From Obrimoposthia wandeli (Eukaryota), in NCBI GenBank assembly GCA_977020255.1, contig CDROCS010001054.1, positions 496,001 through 560,000 on the forward strand: a stretch of DNA of 64,000 nt. Reading direction: 5' to 3'. Of this stretch, positions 1 to 11,549 are shown piece after piece (positions within the stretch are counted from its first letter, which is position 1; every line of letters starts with the position of its first letter). The notes under the pieces are model-generated. The model saw only the letters and a list, made by a program, of their open reading frames with translations, ran no database searches and was not told the origin of the DNA. The position numbers and the translations under genes are program-made.

Positions 1-156
1 GATAACAACATCTACTTTAATTGTTTGATGAGTATCGAAATCATACCACGTTTTGACAATTGTAGTTCCTAATTCCTCTAATTTTAACATAACATCTAAA
101 ATACAAAATACTTTTTAAAATTTTCTTCTTCTGTTACATTAATTGGTATATCTGTA
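1..156 (-). mobile_element. Continuation of Polinton copy B pPolB, left of the copy A insertion
   Basis: The reverse complement continues from TACAGA into ATACCAATTAATGTAACAGAAGAAG (matches A ~5470-5520), then jumps to sequence matching A ~5970-6060. Confidence 0.85.
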
Positions 157-251
157 AGTAGGTGGATGTGTCCGGTCTAATCCACACCCCCTCCCCCTAC
201 TGTCCTTTAAAACCGTGCATGTCTGTGGAGTGAAATTTCGTGTAGGTGTGT
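157..251 (+). repeat. Left terminal inverted repeat of Polinton A
   Basis: ~95 bp matching the reverse complement of 15256-15351 with a few mismatches. Confidence 0.95.
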
Positions 252-568
252 AGAAAATCTTCCTACCCCCCTCCCAAACACTCAAAAAAATAATTAACTC
301 CATATAACACCCTTTAAATTTAAAAATCTCATAATGCTCCCAAAATTTTGATTAAGGTCCTGAGAGGCCGTAAAATTGGCCAAAGCGTGCCCTCCGGGCC
401 CGCGGTGGATCAACGAGTAAAAGATACAGTCAGGATTCGATAGAGAATTGGGAAGACTGTACTCCCAGGCTGAACACATAAGCCAATCGTCCGGCAACTT
501 CAGCAGTAGCAGCAAGGAGATCCAATCTCTTCGACAATTTTGAGGCGGCAATCAAATGCCCCTGGAAA

Positions 569-1917
569 TTGATCCCACTGTCTCAACCGGAGATAATACT
601 GGCACCAGACTCAGACGAGGAGCTGTTTACTGATGACGTTCCGTCGGATGGGGAGGAGGAATGGATACAGCCAAGTATCGGAGCCCCAGGAGCCAACGAG
701 TCCATGGTTGCAGAAATGGATGAAGATGAGTGGCATCTGTTCACCGACGAATGGGATGGTCTCACTCCCTCTACAACTCCGACTCCGATACCCAACAATG
801 CAGTGCCTGATCCATTCAGAAGGCCACAATCTCCGATACGTCCTGTTAGGAGAATAAAGGTGACGAATGAGGTTAGACATCATTTATTTAAAATGTTTTT
901 TACTTTTATTTTCAGAAACTGCAACTGGATTTGGCACCGTCAGTGACCACGATTGAGAGGCTGATTGAACCGCAGTACTTGGCGAGTCAATGTAGCCAGG
1001 ATGATCCCAGGAGTGAGCAGAGATACCTACCGACTCCAGCTAAATTTGAGGTATATTATTATAAATTAGTAAATTTATTTAATTATTCAAATAGGAAGCT
1101 GAATTGGTGGATGAAATTTGGGAGGAGGCAACTCGGAGACTACCCGTCGATAGGAAGCAAGCGGCGATTAAGAAACCTCGACGCCACCGTGTCAAAACCA
1201 ATACGGTCCATCGGAAGAAGGCCAAGTTGGTGAAACAGGCTAATCTGCCCGTCATCGAGGTAAATTATTTATATGTTTAAATTTTATTAATGTTTTTTTG
1301 TTGCAGGAACCAATACAATTAACTGAGGAGACATGGGCCAAAATTTCTCCTTTCCCGCAGAAAAAAAATTATTCTGAGGCGGTGATTGGCCAGCAGGAGA
1401 TTCTCCCATCTCTAGAGGACGACGGTCCAATTTTATACGAGAGGATCCCAGTCTCACCGATCGAGATTAGTCCGCCATCAAGTCAACGACGCCTGCAGGA
1501 GACATCACCGGCTTCTCCTCGTCCAACAACCAGCCAGAACTTGAAGAGGGCCTGGGATGAAGCTGGATTAGACGAATTCCTGACGGAACAGGATACACCG
1601 GCAATGCTTCCAGATTCGCGTGGGCAACAGGATGCCGTCTCACGCCAGCTTCAGCGTGAGAAAGAGGAGAAACAGAAGAAAGCTCCGCGGAAGAGGAAGG
1701 CTACTGCTTCTACGTCGGGGCCATTAACATCGGCTCCAAAACCTGAGGGAAGGACAATTGCTGTACAGCAACCGGTGAAGCCGAAAAAGAAACCAGGCCG
1801 GCCAAAGAAGAAGGAACCAGTACCGCTTTCTCCAATTATACTAAGTCGGAGAGAATACCGGATGATCCCAATGATGACTTCGTAAAAATGTTCAAAAATA
1901 TAATTTACAAAAATTAG
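569..1917 (+). pseudogene. Polinton gene 1: 4-exon acidic/Pro-rich disordered protein (~400 aa) with basic C-terminal part; start uncertain
   Basis: Phase-0 GT-AG introns at 872-915, 1051-1094 and 1260-1306 join ORFs 569, 931, an unlisted 55-codon open exon (1095-1259) and ORF 1298 in frame. A probable -1 frameshift near 1840 hides the C-terminus DDPNDDFVKMFKNIIYKN*, which is conserved in copy C. Confidence 0.8.
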
Positions 1918-2209
1918 TTTTTTGTGTTGTCTTTTTATTATTATTTATTTTAGAATTTAGTAATATTAAAATATCCTCCTTAAGTTTATTAAAATAACAA
2001 GATTAAAAATAAAGTTAACTTATTCGAATGTGATTGGATTATTAAGTAATAATTTAAATTTTTTAGGATTAAATATAAATGCAATGATTAGTTATATATT
2101 TATTAAACTTTCCTTTGATAAATATATTTTAATTGCTTGTGATTGGATTAAAAATATCTTAAATTTATATATATAGGTTCAAATTTATTAACATCTTCAT
2201 AATTAAAAA

Positions 2210-2569
2210 ATGGAATTTATTAAATTGCAAAGTTTGGTGACGAAGATCGAGGCAAACATAAGAATAAATGAGAAGAAAGGAGACTTACGAAAGAGGATCC
2301 TCAACCAGAATTTATATACTGCTGTCGCGACCGAGTGGAATCGTCGGGTGGAGATTCAGGACAGGCGGCTAGCAGAACGACGTCGGCTTGTGGAGTGAAA
2401 CAAGAAAATCGAAATGGAAAAAAGGAAGGTGGAGGAAAAAAGAAGAGAAGAGACGGAGGATGTTCGGCGAGCAGCAAGAAAGCGAATCCTCCAGATTAAA
2501 CCGGAAGAGGGTCCTTCCACAAAAAAATTAATTTTATTGATTACTTTGTCTTTATTCATTATGTTATAA
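2210..2569 (+). pseudogene. Polinton charged coiled-coil protein with one premature stop
   Basis: ORF 2210-2398 continues in frame past TGA (NKKIEMEKRKVEEKRREE...). A homologous relic lies at ~54260-54420. Confidence 0.65.
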
Positions 2570-2615
2570 AATTGTCTAAATATAAACAAATTTAAATATA
2601 AAGTTTTTTTGTAAA

Positions 2616-2838
2616 ATGGATAATAAAAATTGGAATAAATTATACATAAAATTATCTCCGGATTTAAAGGAAGATTATAAAAAAAATTACTTTTCAGAAA
2701 ATGATAGTACGGATACCATTGGATATAAAATATGTAATTTAATTTCGAAATATTTAGGTATGTTTACATTTAATATAATTAATTTTAATATTCATAGGAG
2801 AATTGACAATATATACCAATCTTAACATGAAAGACTGA
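2616..2838 (+). CDS. Small Polinton hypothetical protein, 2 exons
   Basis: Phase-1 intron at 2758-2797 (GTATGT...CATAG) gives ...KYLGELTIYTNLNMKD*. A relic (MGDKIN.NKL) lies at ~54630. Confidence 0.55.
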
Positions 2839-2924
2839 ATCCTGACTACCTCGTTATTTTAATAAATTTTTGATTAACAGTTTTTCGTTATAAACAACGG
2901 GATTTGCTACAAATTTGGGTAATT

Positions 2925-3412
2925 ATGCAGGAATATATCATAGATTTTGAGGCTTTCATTAACAAAAATGGGGATTATATTATAAAAGAATTATGTATTA
3001 TGGATGTATGCGACGTTTTCAATCCTTTGCATTTCATATTTCATATAGATATCCCATTTAAAAGTTTAGATTATAAGAAAAAATTTACTAATTTATATCT
3101 AACTAAATATTTCCATTTATTAAAATGGAAAGAAGGACATAAGGCTTTTTGTGAAATATGTATTTTCGATACTATGAAATCTAATTTTGATATTGAAAAT
3201 GGATTTTTTTATGATTTAGATGAAATGGATGGCAAAAAATATAAGACTTAAAAAAATATTTTCCTAAATTGAGGTTGAATACTTTAAATATGTCACGTGA
3301 TCATCTATTAAAAATTCCACAAAATATTTGCTGTCCATATCGTAATCATGGTGACCATTGCGCATATAAAAAATGTTTAAGTCTTTCTTATTATTACTTG
3401 ACATGTAGATAA
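2925..3412 (+). pseudogene. DEDD-like 3'-5' exonuclease-fold protein with C-terminal Cys/His cluster
   Basis: N-terminal IIDFEAF...IIKEL resembles ExoI DxE. After a -1 frameshift at ~3248 the frame continues ...ICCPYRNHGDHCAYKKC...TCR*. The same C-terminus is seen in copy C at ~55050-55250. Confidence 0.6.
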
Positions 3413-3419
3413 ACAATTA

Positions 3420-3660
3420 TTCTAATTGGAGGAATTCATTATTAAAATTTTACAATTATTTACAAATAAGCCTTTTGATTGGAGGAATAAAATTATTTTT
3501 CAACCTATAATAGATAAACAATCCTTCTCTTTAATTGGAGGAATAAAATTATTTTTTTCAACCAATAACAGATAAACAATCTTTCTCATTGGAGGAATAA
3601 ATTCAATTTTTTAATCCAATTGGAAAAGAGCATGTGTGCATAAATTTTAGTATATAAGCA
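3420..3660 (+). promoter_or_regulatory. Putative pPolB promoter: four ATTGGAGGAAT (inverted CCAAT) repeats plus TATA box
   Basis: ATTGGAGGAAT at 3425, 3478, 3534 and 3588; CCAATTGG at 3616; TTAGTATATAAG at 3647-3658; ATG at 3699. Confidence 0.65.
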
Positions 3661-3698
3661 AACACTTTCTTCATTTAAATCCCCGACAATTTGAAATA

Positions 3699-6600
3699 AT
3701 GCCTATGGTAAGAATCTATATTTATTATTTCCTTATTAATATTTATTATTTCAGATTACGTGTAACCTATTCCCTGCGTATTGTGGTGCTTCGGCACCGC
3801 ATAGAGGAGAGACCTGCATGGAGACAATGTCTGCATACTATCGGACAAAGTCTCGCGGGCTTCACTTCTTCGTCTGCCCCTTCTGCAGAACAATGGAGGA
3901 GAAGGAGTTTCGAGACTTCTTCAGTGAACATCGAGCTCACCTATCGTGTTTCACGGCCAACAATAAGAAGAGGGATATCGTCCAATTGGTGCGCGATTCG
4001 CAGGTCGCTCCAGCTCCACCTCCAATTCCAGTTGCAGTCGATCAACCCTTTTACGGTCCTGCCATTGGTCCTTCTCTCCCGGCTCCTGATTCTGCTGCTG
4101 CCCCATCCACTCAAATGTCTAACAATGAGTGGATGAACGACATCTCCGAAGAAGATTTTGAGGAGTTGGCACCAGCAACCCAATTCTCAAACAATGACTG
4201 GATGCGAAATATCAACCAGTCAGATTTCGAGATGGAGCAGCCTCAATGGAGCGACAACTCTGGTTGGAGACCATCGAGGAATCTGATTTCGTCGAGATGT
4301 CGGACGACAGCTGGATGGATTCCATCAATGAAGAGGACTTCATTCCAGCTCAACTTGGATTGCCTTCATTAGGTATTTTTTATTATTATTTTTAAATTAT
4401 ATATTTTATTTTTTATTATATATATTTTATTTTTATTTTTTATTCAGGAAATACCCTGATACAGCCGTCATCAGATAGGACAGCTATGCCTCCCCCATCT
4501 CGAGTGCCTACGTCGATGTTAGCACGCCTTAGAGGTAATAATTTTTAAAAATATATTTATTTTTTAATATATTTATTTCAGCAGCACTAACCTCTACAAC
4601 AGCCGCTTCTTCATAGACAAGGTCAGCTTCAAATGCAACCTCTACAACTGCCACTGTCTTATCAACATCTGCAGCACCTGCTACAGTAGCCCCTTCAACA
4701 TCAGCTACGATTGTCTCAACTATTAATATAAATAGTTGTCTTCCCGTTCAATTAGGGGGAGGTTCGTCAGCGACAAACGGAAGAAAGAGGCGAGGCCAAT
4801 TTCTTAATAAGGTCACACCCAAAAAACGTAGAGAAAACGGTGCTACTATAGAGTATCACCTAAATAATAAATATGTTATAGTTAAGGTGCCATTAGGAAA
4901 TGAAATTTTATTAAACGTAGGTGTAGATTCAAATATTGAAAATCTTTTAAAATCAGAAGTGACTAAATTAGGACAGGCTAAGGTTCTATTTTGCGCAACA
5001 GTGCAGTTTAAAAATGTCAATGAGGAAACTAAAACTTGGGTAATTTCACATAAAGCAACTGTTTTTTATGATAATTTTGTAACTGAAATTGGAAGAAACC
5101 TGGATGAAAAAATTGCTAATTATAGCGAGTTAAGTAGTGGATGGACTCTAGTTAGAATTCACGATGTTAGCTTTGTTCTAACAAAGTTCACTGACATGAT
5201 ATATCTTTCGGGGAGTTCATACATTCCTTCACCTAGATCTCTTCAACTTTCACGTTCCATTGTTAACGTACAAAACAGTGATAACCTTTGCTTTCTGTAT
5301 AGTGTGTTGGCCATCCTCAAAAGGGATGTAATTACTGAGCATAGAGAGCGTGTCAGTAAATATACCCCTTTTTAAATGAATTGCAGTATCATGGAATAGA
5401 TTTTCCTGTTAAATTAACTGCGATATCAAGATTTGAACATCTTAATAACTTGAGTATTAATGTATTCAAATATAATACTGATATCCCAGTTAATGTAACA
5501 GATGAAGAAATTTTTAAAAATCCTTTTGTAGATGTAATTTATAGGAGCAAAATGAGGGGACTCAGGTCAACTTAATTTTGCTCGAACAGAATAATAAATT
5601 CCATTATGCTACAATTCCCAGTTTAGATCGTCTTCTAAATTTAGATAATGGAGCCTTACCGGTTAGGATAAGGTGTAAGTGGTATCATAGATGTTTGCAT
5701 GGGTTCCGATCCGAGCTCTCTTACAGCAAACATCTGACATTATTTTCACTGAATCCTGATGACAATACGCTATATAGCATGCCTAAGGATAAGGATTTAA
5801 AATTCAGGGATTGGGCAAAATGCATACCCGTGGAATTCAGGGTGTATGCAGATTTTGAGTCAATTTTAGCATTGCACGACCAGTATGAGAGTATTCACCT
5901 ACCGGCTTCGGCAGGACTACTATTCTTAGGCCCCAATAATACCCAGTATCATAAATTTTCCGGTCCAAATTGTATTTTAGATTTTATGTTAAAATTAGAG
6001 GAATTAGAAACAACAATTGTCAAACCGTGGTATGATCTCAATGCTCATCAAGCAATGATCATGACAGGCATAGACTGGGTTAATTTTAATTCTTGTAGAT
6101 TATGTTATTTGTGTGGAACCCGGTCTAAGTTAGTCAGAGATCACGATCATGTTACGGGGCGATACTTGGGAGCGGCGTGCAACCTTTGTAACCTTGGCCG
6201 TCGTCTCCCTAAAAAACCACACATTCCCATCGTGTTTCATAACCTCAAAGGATATGATTTGCATCATATACTTAAATACGCGTTGGGTACATTAAGCTCT
6301 TGGGAAATTTCATGTATACCTCAAACTTCAGATAAATATTTATCTTTAACTGCATATACTGAATTCTGCAGTTTAAGATTCATAGATTCTCTGCAGTTTT
6401 TGAGCGGGTCTTTAAAATATTTAACGGCATCTTTAAATGCATGGCCAATTACACAGTCAGTGTTCCCAGCTTCGGTTAACGATAAGGGGATTTTTCCGTA
6501 TAAATTTGCGAAAACATTTGCAGATTTAGAAAATACAACTGAAATCCCACCCATAACTGAATTTTAGGGTGTAAGTCTTCAAGACTATAATGAGGCCCGT

Positions 6601-8128
6601 ACATTTTGGGTGAATAATTGTCGAAATCTTCTCGAATATATGCTTTATTATATAAAGTTAGACATTTATCTTTTAGCTGATGTTTTTGAGTCCTTTCGTG
6701 TAAAGTCTTGAGCAGAAGATGGGCTAGATCCCATGCATTTCTTTAGTTTACCTGATCTTTCATGGGCAACAGCAATAAAAACTCTTAAAATTAATATCGA
6801 GTTACTGCAAGATCCCGCGATGTATCAAATGTATGATTATAGTATATGCGGTGGAATGACTTTTGTCAACAAACATCATGTTGTCAAAAATCAATCCACG
6901 GAGATTCTGTACATCGATATTAATAATTTGTATGGGTGGGCGCTTACTCAACATCTACCTCATGCCAACTTTAAGTGGGTTTATGATGTGGATCAGTTGA
7001 ATAAGTTGATGACAGATTTGGTTACTATTGATACAGTTTCATCCGACGTCGGCTGAGGTGGACATAAAAATTCCTCCCAATGTGCATGATAAATTAGATG
7101 ATCTTCCAGTAGCGCCTGTTCATCAATGCCCACCTAATTCAAAGGTTAAGAAATTATTGTTAACCCATGAAGACAAGTTGAATTATGTTGTGCATTGGCG
7201 GCTTCTTCAATTCTACTTAAAGTTGGGAGCGAAAGTTACTCGAATTCATCGTGCTATAAGCTTCAGTCAAAACTTTGTGTTTAAAGACTATATTGAGAAG
7301 AATTCAAGAAAACGTAATTTGGCCACTAGCAAATTCGATCGAGATTTTTACAAGTTAAAAAGTAATAGTCTCTTTGGAAAAACTGTAGAGGACTTGCGGA
7401 AACGTATTTGTCTACGGTTTTGCAATGATAAGCGTAAACTAATAACATATACTAGCAAGTACAACTTCAAGCGTAGTTTTACAATTGCAGATGACTTGGT
7501 AGCAGTGTTATTAGGAAAACAGAGTATTTGTCTCGATCGACCGAGTTATATAGGTCAAACGGTTTTAGACATTTCTAAACTCAGAATGTATGAGCTTCAA
7601 TACATAGAATTGGAGAAATACCGACAAGAATTTAATTGTGAGATTAAAATCGCAGCTGGGGACACTGACTCTTTCTTTTTAGAATGTAGGAATGTTAGTT
7701 TAAATAATCAATTATTACCAGCAATGTTTAGGGACAACTTACTAGATACCCATAAATATCCCGCTAACCATCCTCTACACTCTATGAGTTTAAAGGACAT
7801 TATCGGGAAATTTAAGGATGAAAGCGAGGGACAGGTTTCGTATGATGATTGTATTTTCCTACGCCCTAAATGCTACAGTTTACATGCATCTAATAATACA
7901 TGTTCAATGAGAGCAAAGGGTGTGGGAAGAAACAATCTTACACATGAGGCCTACCGGAAAGTTTATGATACTGGGTGTATTGAAAGCGTTGAGCAAACTA
8001 GATTTATTTCAAGAGCCCATCAACTGTATTCCCATAAATCAACAAAACTCGCTTTGAGTAGTAATGACGACAAGCGCTTTTGGGTAGAAAAGAACGCTAG
8101 CCTGGCTTATGGACACTTCAGAATTTAA
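3699..8128 (+). pseudogene. Protein-primed family B DNA polymerase (pPolB), spliced, with N-terminal extension; disrupted
   Basis: Motifs YADFES (ExoI), FHNLKGYD (ExoII), YIDINNLYG (A), KLKSNSLFGK (B), GDTDS (C), RPKCY and KGV; HNH/endonuclease VII-like CYLC..RDHDH..CNLCN insert. Introns at 3708-3754, 4373-4447 and 4535-4581 join the upstream exons in frame with ORF 4887. Stops at 4614, 6565 and ~6708; frameshifts at ~4259, ~5372, ~5552 and ~7054. Confidence 0.95.
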
Positions 8129-8389
8129 ACGGTTTTCATTTTTTGATTTTTTTAGTTTAGTTTTTTAAAATTTTAGATCCCTATGGCACCTAGATTCTAA
8201 CTTATTTGTTATTTCAATACATTTTTAGGATGGACCTTATCTTTGCTGACATATCTCATTGTGATGTTGTGATTAATAAATGTATTAAAAAAAATTGTCT
8301 TATGTCTTTTATTATTTTACCCTTATATTTTTAGAGATTTAAAAAATAATTCAAAATAAAACATTTAAAATTTTTATTTTTATAACACA

Positions 8390-8770
8390 CTAATTGTTTT
8401 GCAACGATAACCATAAAATACATAAATGTCCACAGATTCTCGTCGCAGGATCCTGATATTGTATCTTGTTGTAAAATACTCTTCTTCGTCCTTTTTGAAT
8501 AGTTTAAACAAGTTTGTGTGGATAATACATTGCAAGTGGATCAAATACATGTATTGTCCACTCTCTAACATAAATAGCTATCCAATGTTCTCCTGGTAAA
8601 TTCGAAGTATGAGTATTGATAATGTAACCTCCAGATTGAAAAAATGAAATCATATCAATAGGATAAACTCCATTGAATTTATCACCCAGGACCTTCTCTG
8701 CTGATTCTTTTACTTGTTTTGAACTAAATAAAAATTAATAAATATAAATTTAAAATATGTCTTACTCCAT
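8390..8770 (-). pseudogene. Adenain-like cysteine protease (PRO), 2 exons, one premature stop
   Basis: After removing intron 8724-8765 it reads MDSKQVKES...INTHTSNLPGEHWIAIY...VFDP...*...QYQDPATRICGHLC, with His/Asp/Gln/Cys motifs of Polinton/adenoviral proteases. Confidence 0.88.
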
Positions 8771-8771
8771 T

Positions 8772-9825
8772 CTATAATATGACAGTTCTGTTTTTATTGA
8801 TTTGTATTTCCGAATCAAATACTCCGTAAATAAGCACCGTAGTAGGATGTGTTAAAGCTGCATTGAACTTAATTTCTAGTCGTAAATTTCCATCCTTTGG
8901 TAGTTGGCATTGGTTTATATCAAAGTCTGGTGCCAAAACGAATGTGAAGAACGGGCAGCTACTTTTAAACTCAGTGAAAGGAAGACCATTGTTTATATTT
9001 TTATCTAGTTTACCCAAATTCCGAATAATAGATTGGGTATAAGCCAAAGCATAAGCGTTACCTTCGAAATCTGTTTTATATGTTTCACGATAATCAGTAT
9101 TTCTTGAAAGTGTCACTGAACCTACATTAAGATTGTCAAATTGAGTTGCATCTGTCGTATAATTTCCTAGAAACTTTGCAGTTTTTTGAAAAGAAATTAA
9201 AATGAATTTCGGTAATCTTACATCACCAAAAATTTGATCCTTATTAAAAGCTTGTGTACCCGTACCTAAAGAATAAGATATAAGTTTAGTTTCTCTAATA
9301 GGATAACAAGCATTGTTTTTTTCCATTCCTATATTATGTGCCATTAAAACTGATTGCTCGGTTTTAACTCTTCGAACATACAATTTTGCATCCAAAATAT
9401 CAAGTCTAGGTTTTAAAACGTCCGTGCTTATCAAAGAAAAATTCCATTTATTACGTTTTAAACGAAGATGAACATTAACACCGGGAATTAAATATTTCGG
9501 TTGTTCAAAGAAATTCAATCTCAAAGACCCACACATTTCATAAGCTTTAGAACCTGCAATCCATTCTTTGCGAGTTGCAACAGTTTTATCATAACCAATG
9601 GTTGCCAAATTAGTATTTTGAGTATCAGTACTATAATTCAAAAGACTTTCAATCAAAGCTTTATGAGCATAGGAAGAATTTCCACCTTCAATTTTGACAT
9701 TATTAAGAGTAACAATGCCATCACTAAATAAAGAATTAAATAGATAATTTACAGGTGTTACATCGGCATTTTCATCTAAATTAGTACCATCCCGATTTAA
9801 TACTTTTATTTGAACATACCATTTT
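8772..9825 (-). pseudogene. Major capsid protein (double jelly-roll, PY), N-terminus deleted
   Basis: YVQIKVLNRDG...NSLFSD...YAHKALIESLLNYS...NFFEQPKYLIPGV...FVLAPD...GNLRLEIKF are typical Polinton MCP motifs. The MACAKSEL-type start seen at 30634 is absent here. Confidence 0.9.
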
Positions 9826-10440
9826 TTAATGTTTCACATTTATCCAAATATTCACTACATTCCTTCTGTATTAATTTACAGAAATTCACTTCACTATCTA
9901 TTTTATAATCTTTTGAAAACGTTTTCAGTTCCACTACAGTCTTTGGTCTCGTTTCAACTAACAACACTCTTACTACTCTACAAGGAACATTTTTAAACAT
10001 TTTAGATGAGACAATATCAGATCTCTTCATACCTACTACATGTCCACTATCAAAACCGAATTAAAGAGCTTCTTTTCCAGATTCGAATATAATTTGAATA
10101 GGTTGAACATGTTTTGATCGATTTTTAAATCTGACTTTGTTTTTTTCATATATTACTTTCACCTCTTTATCTATACAATTGTAAAAGAATTTTCCTTTAC
10201 TATCAAACCCGATCACAACTTTAGTTGTTTTTCATGATCAACTTCTTTTGTAAACGAAATATGTGAGTTTTTTCTGATAGTAATTGGAGAATAATAAAAA
10301 GAAAATTCGGTTAAAGCCGCTTCCCATTCTCCTTGGAGATTTATAGGATTTTCCCAATCGATAATAAAGCTACTAGCGTAATTATCTGGTTGAGTCTTCG
10401 GACATCCGTTACTAGGTAAAACCATATACATAGACTTCAT
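9806..10440 (-). pseudogene. Minor capsid protein/penton (PX), disrupted and C-terminally truncated
   Basis: N-terminus MVLPSN..PDN..SSF...PINLQGEWEAALTEF is typical of Polinton pentons. Its ATG overlaps the integrase stop (ATGA). Confidence 0.8.
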
Positions 10441-11463
10441 ATTATTTTAGATGCTGATATCCAAGTTGGGTCTGAATAACCATGCCATTTAACAAAGTAT
10501 TGTTTATGTTTACCTGTACCCTTAGATTTTAATATTTTTTGAATACGGAAAACGCTAAGTTTATTTGATATTACTTGTAGTTCTTGCTCGTAAATTATTA
10601 TCAGTATTATTATTGTCAGCATCTTTAATAGTATACATTATTGGATTACTCTTTTGATCAATTTTACTTATACAAAATATTTCATCGCTCCAATTCTGAT
10701 CAAAGTTTTTAATAAATGGAGTAGAGCTAATTTTCGAAATTCGAACATATTCGTTTTTCTTATATTTAGCTTTTCTAATTTTTTCTTTTTTATTCCTGTT
10801 CATCCAAATGTCCATAGAGTTTTTATTAGTAACATCAACAGGTCTCATTCCCTTGAGACCTCTATGTTCAGAGTGATTATATGCATGTATTATTTTAGGC
10901 AAAACTTGGATCCATTTTTTATTTCCTTCTTTTGTGAAATACTTTTTTATTCGATCTCTTAGAGTACGATTAAATCTTTCTACTACTGCTGCTTTGTATT
11001 GTGAAAACACAGAGTAATGATTTATATTATTTTGTTTAAATAATGATTGAACTTGCTTATTATAAAATTATTTTCCTAAATCAGTTTGCACATTTTGTGG
11101 AATGTCCTCTTTTAATATTTCTTTAATGGCTTCAAGCATAGCTATTGAAGACTTTGCTTTAACTGAAATTGAACGAGCAAACCTGCTAAATACATCAATA
11201 CATGTTAAAATATATCGATATCCCTTATTAATGGAAGAATATGGGATCATCTCTATCAAAACCATTTGCCATAAATTATTAGGACCGCTGGTTTTGTAAG
11301 CTCTAGTTGGAAACCTTCTTCTCATCGGTTTGTTCAGACTGTAGGCTAACTGGTTGCTCAGCCATTTCTGCGTTTTATTGTATTTTTGTTTTGTTCTTTT
11401 TGCTAATTTTGAAACTCCTGTGTAGCCAATTGGATCTTTTGGATTGAACCATATCTTCTCCAT
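10437..11463 (-). pseudogene. Retroviral-like (c-)integrase with C-terminal chromodomain
   Basis: IDVFSRF, QTDLGK, VERFNRTL and chromodomain QYFVKWHGY. Nonsense codon at 11068 (GAA in copy D); frameshift near 10590; the first catalytic Asp is replaced (WQMVL). Confidence 0.95.
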
Positions 11464-11549
11464 TACAACAATTTAAATTGAAAGAAAATTTAAGTTTAGT
11501 TAAAGAAGGGCTAGCACCCATATCTTTAGCTGATTTTAGAAATAATTGT

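Noticed and set aside
3699-4136. 145-aa ORF as a real gene
   Set aside because: It reads through intron 3708-3754 into the wrong frame. Splicing gives the ORF 3818 frame.
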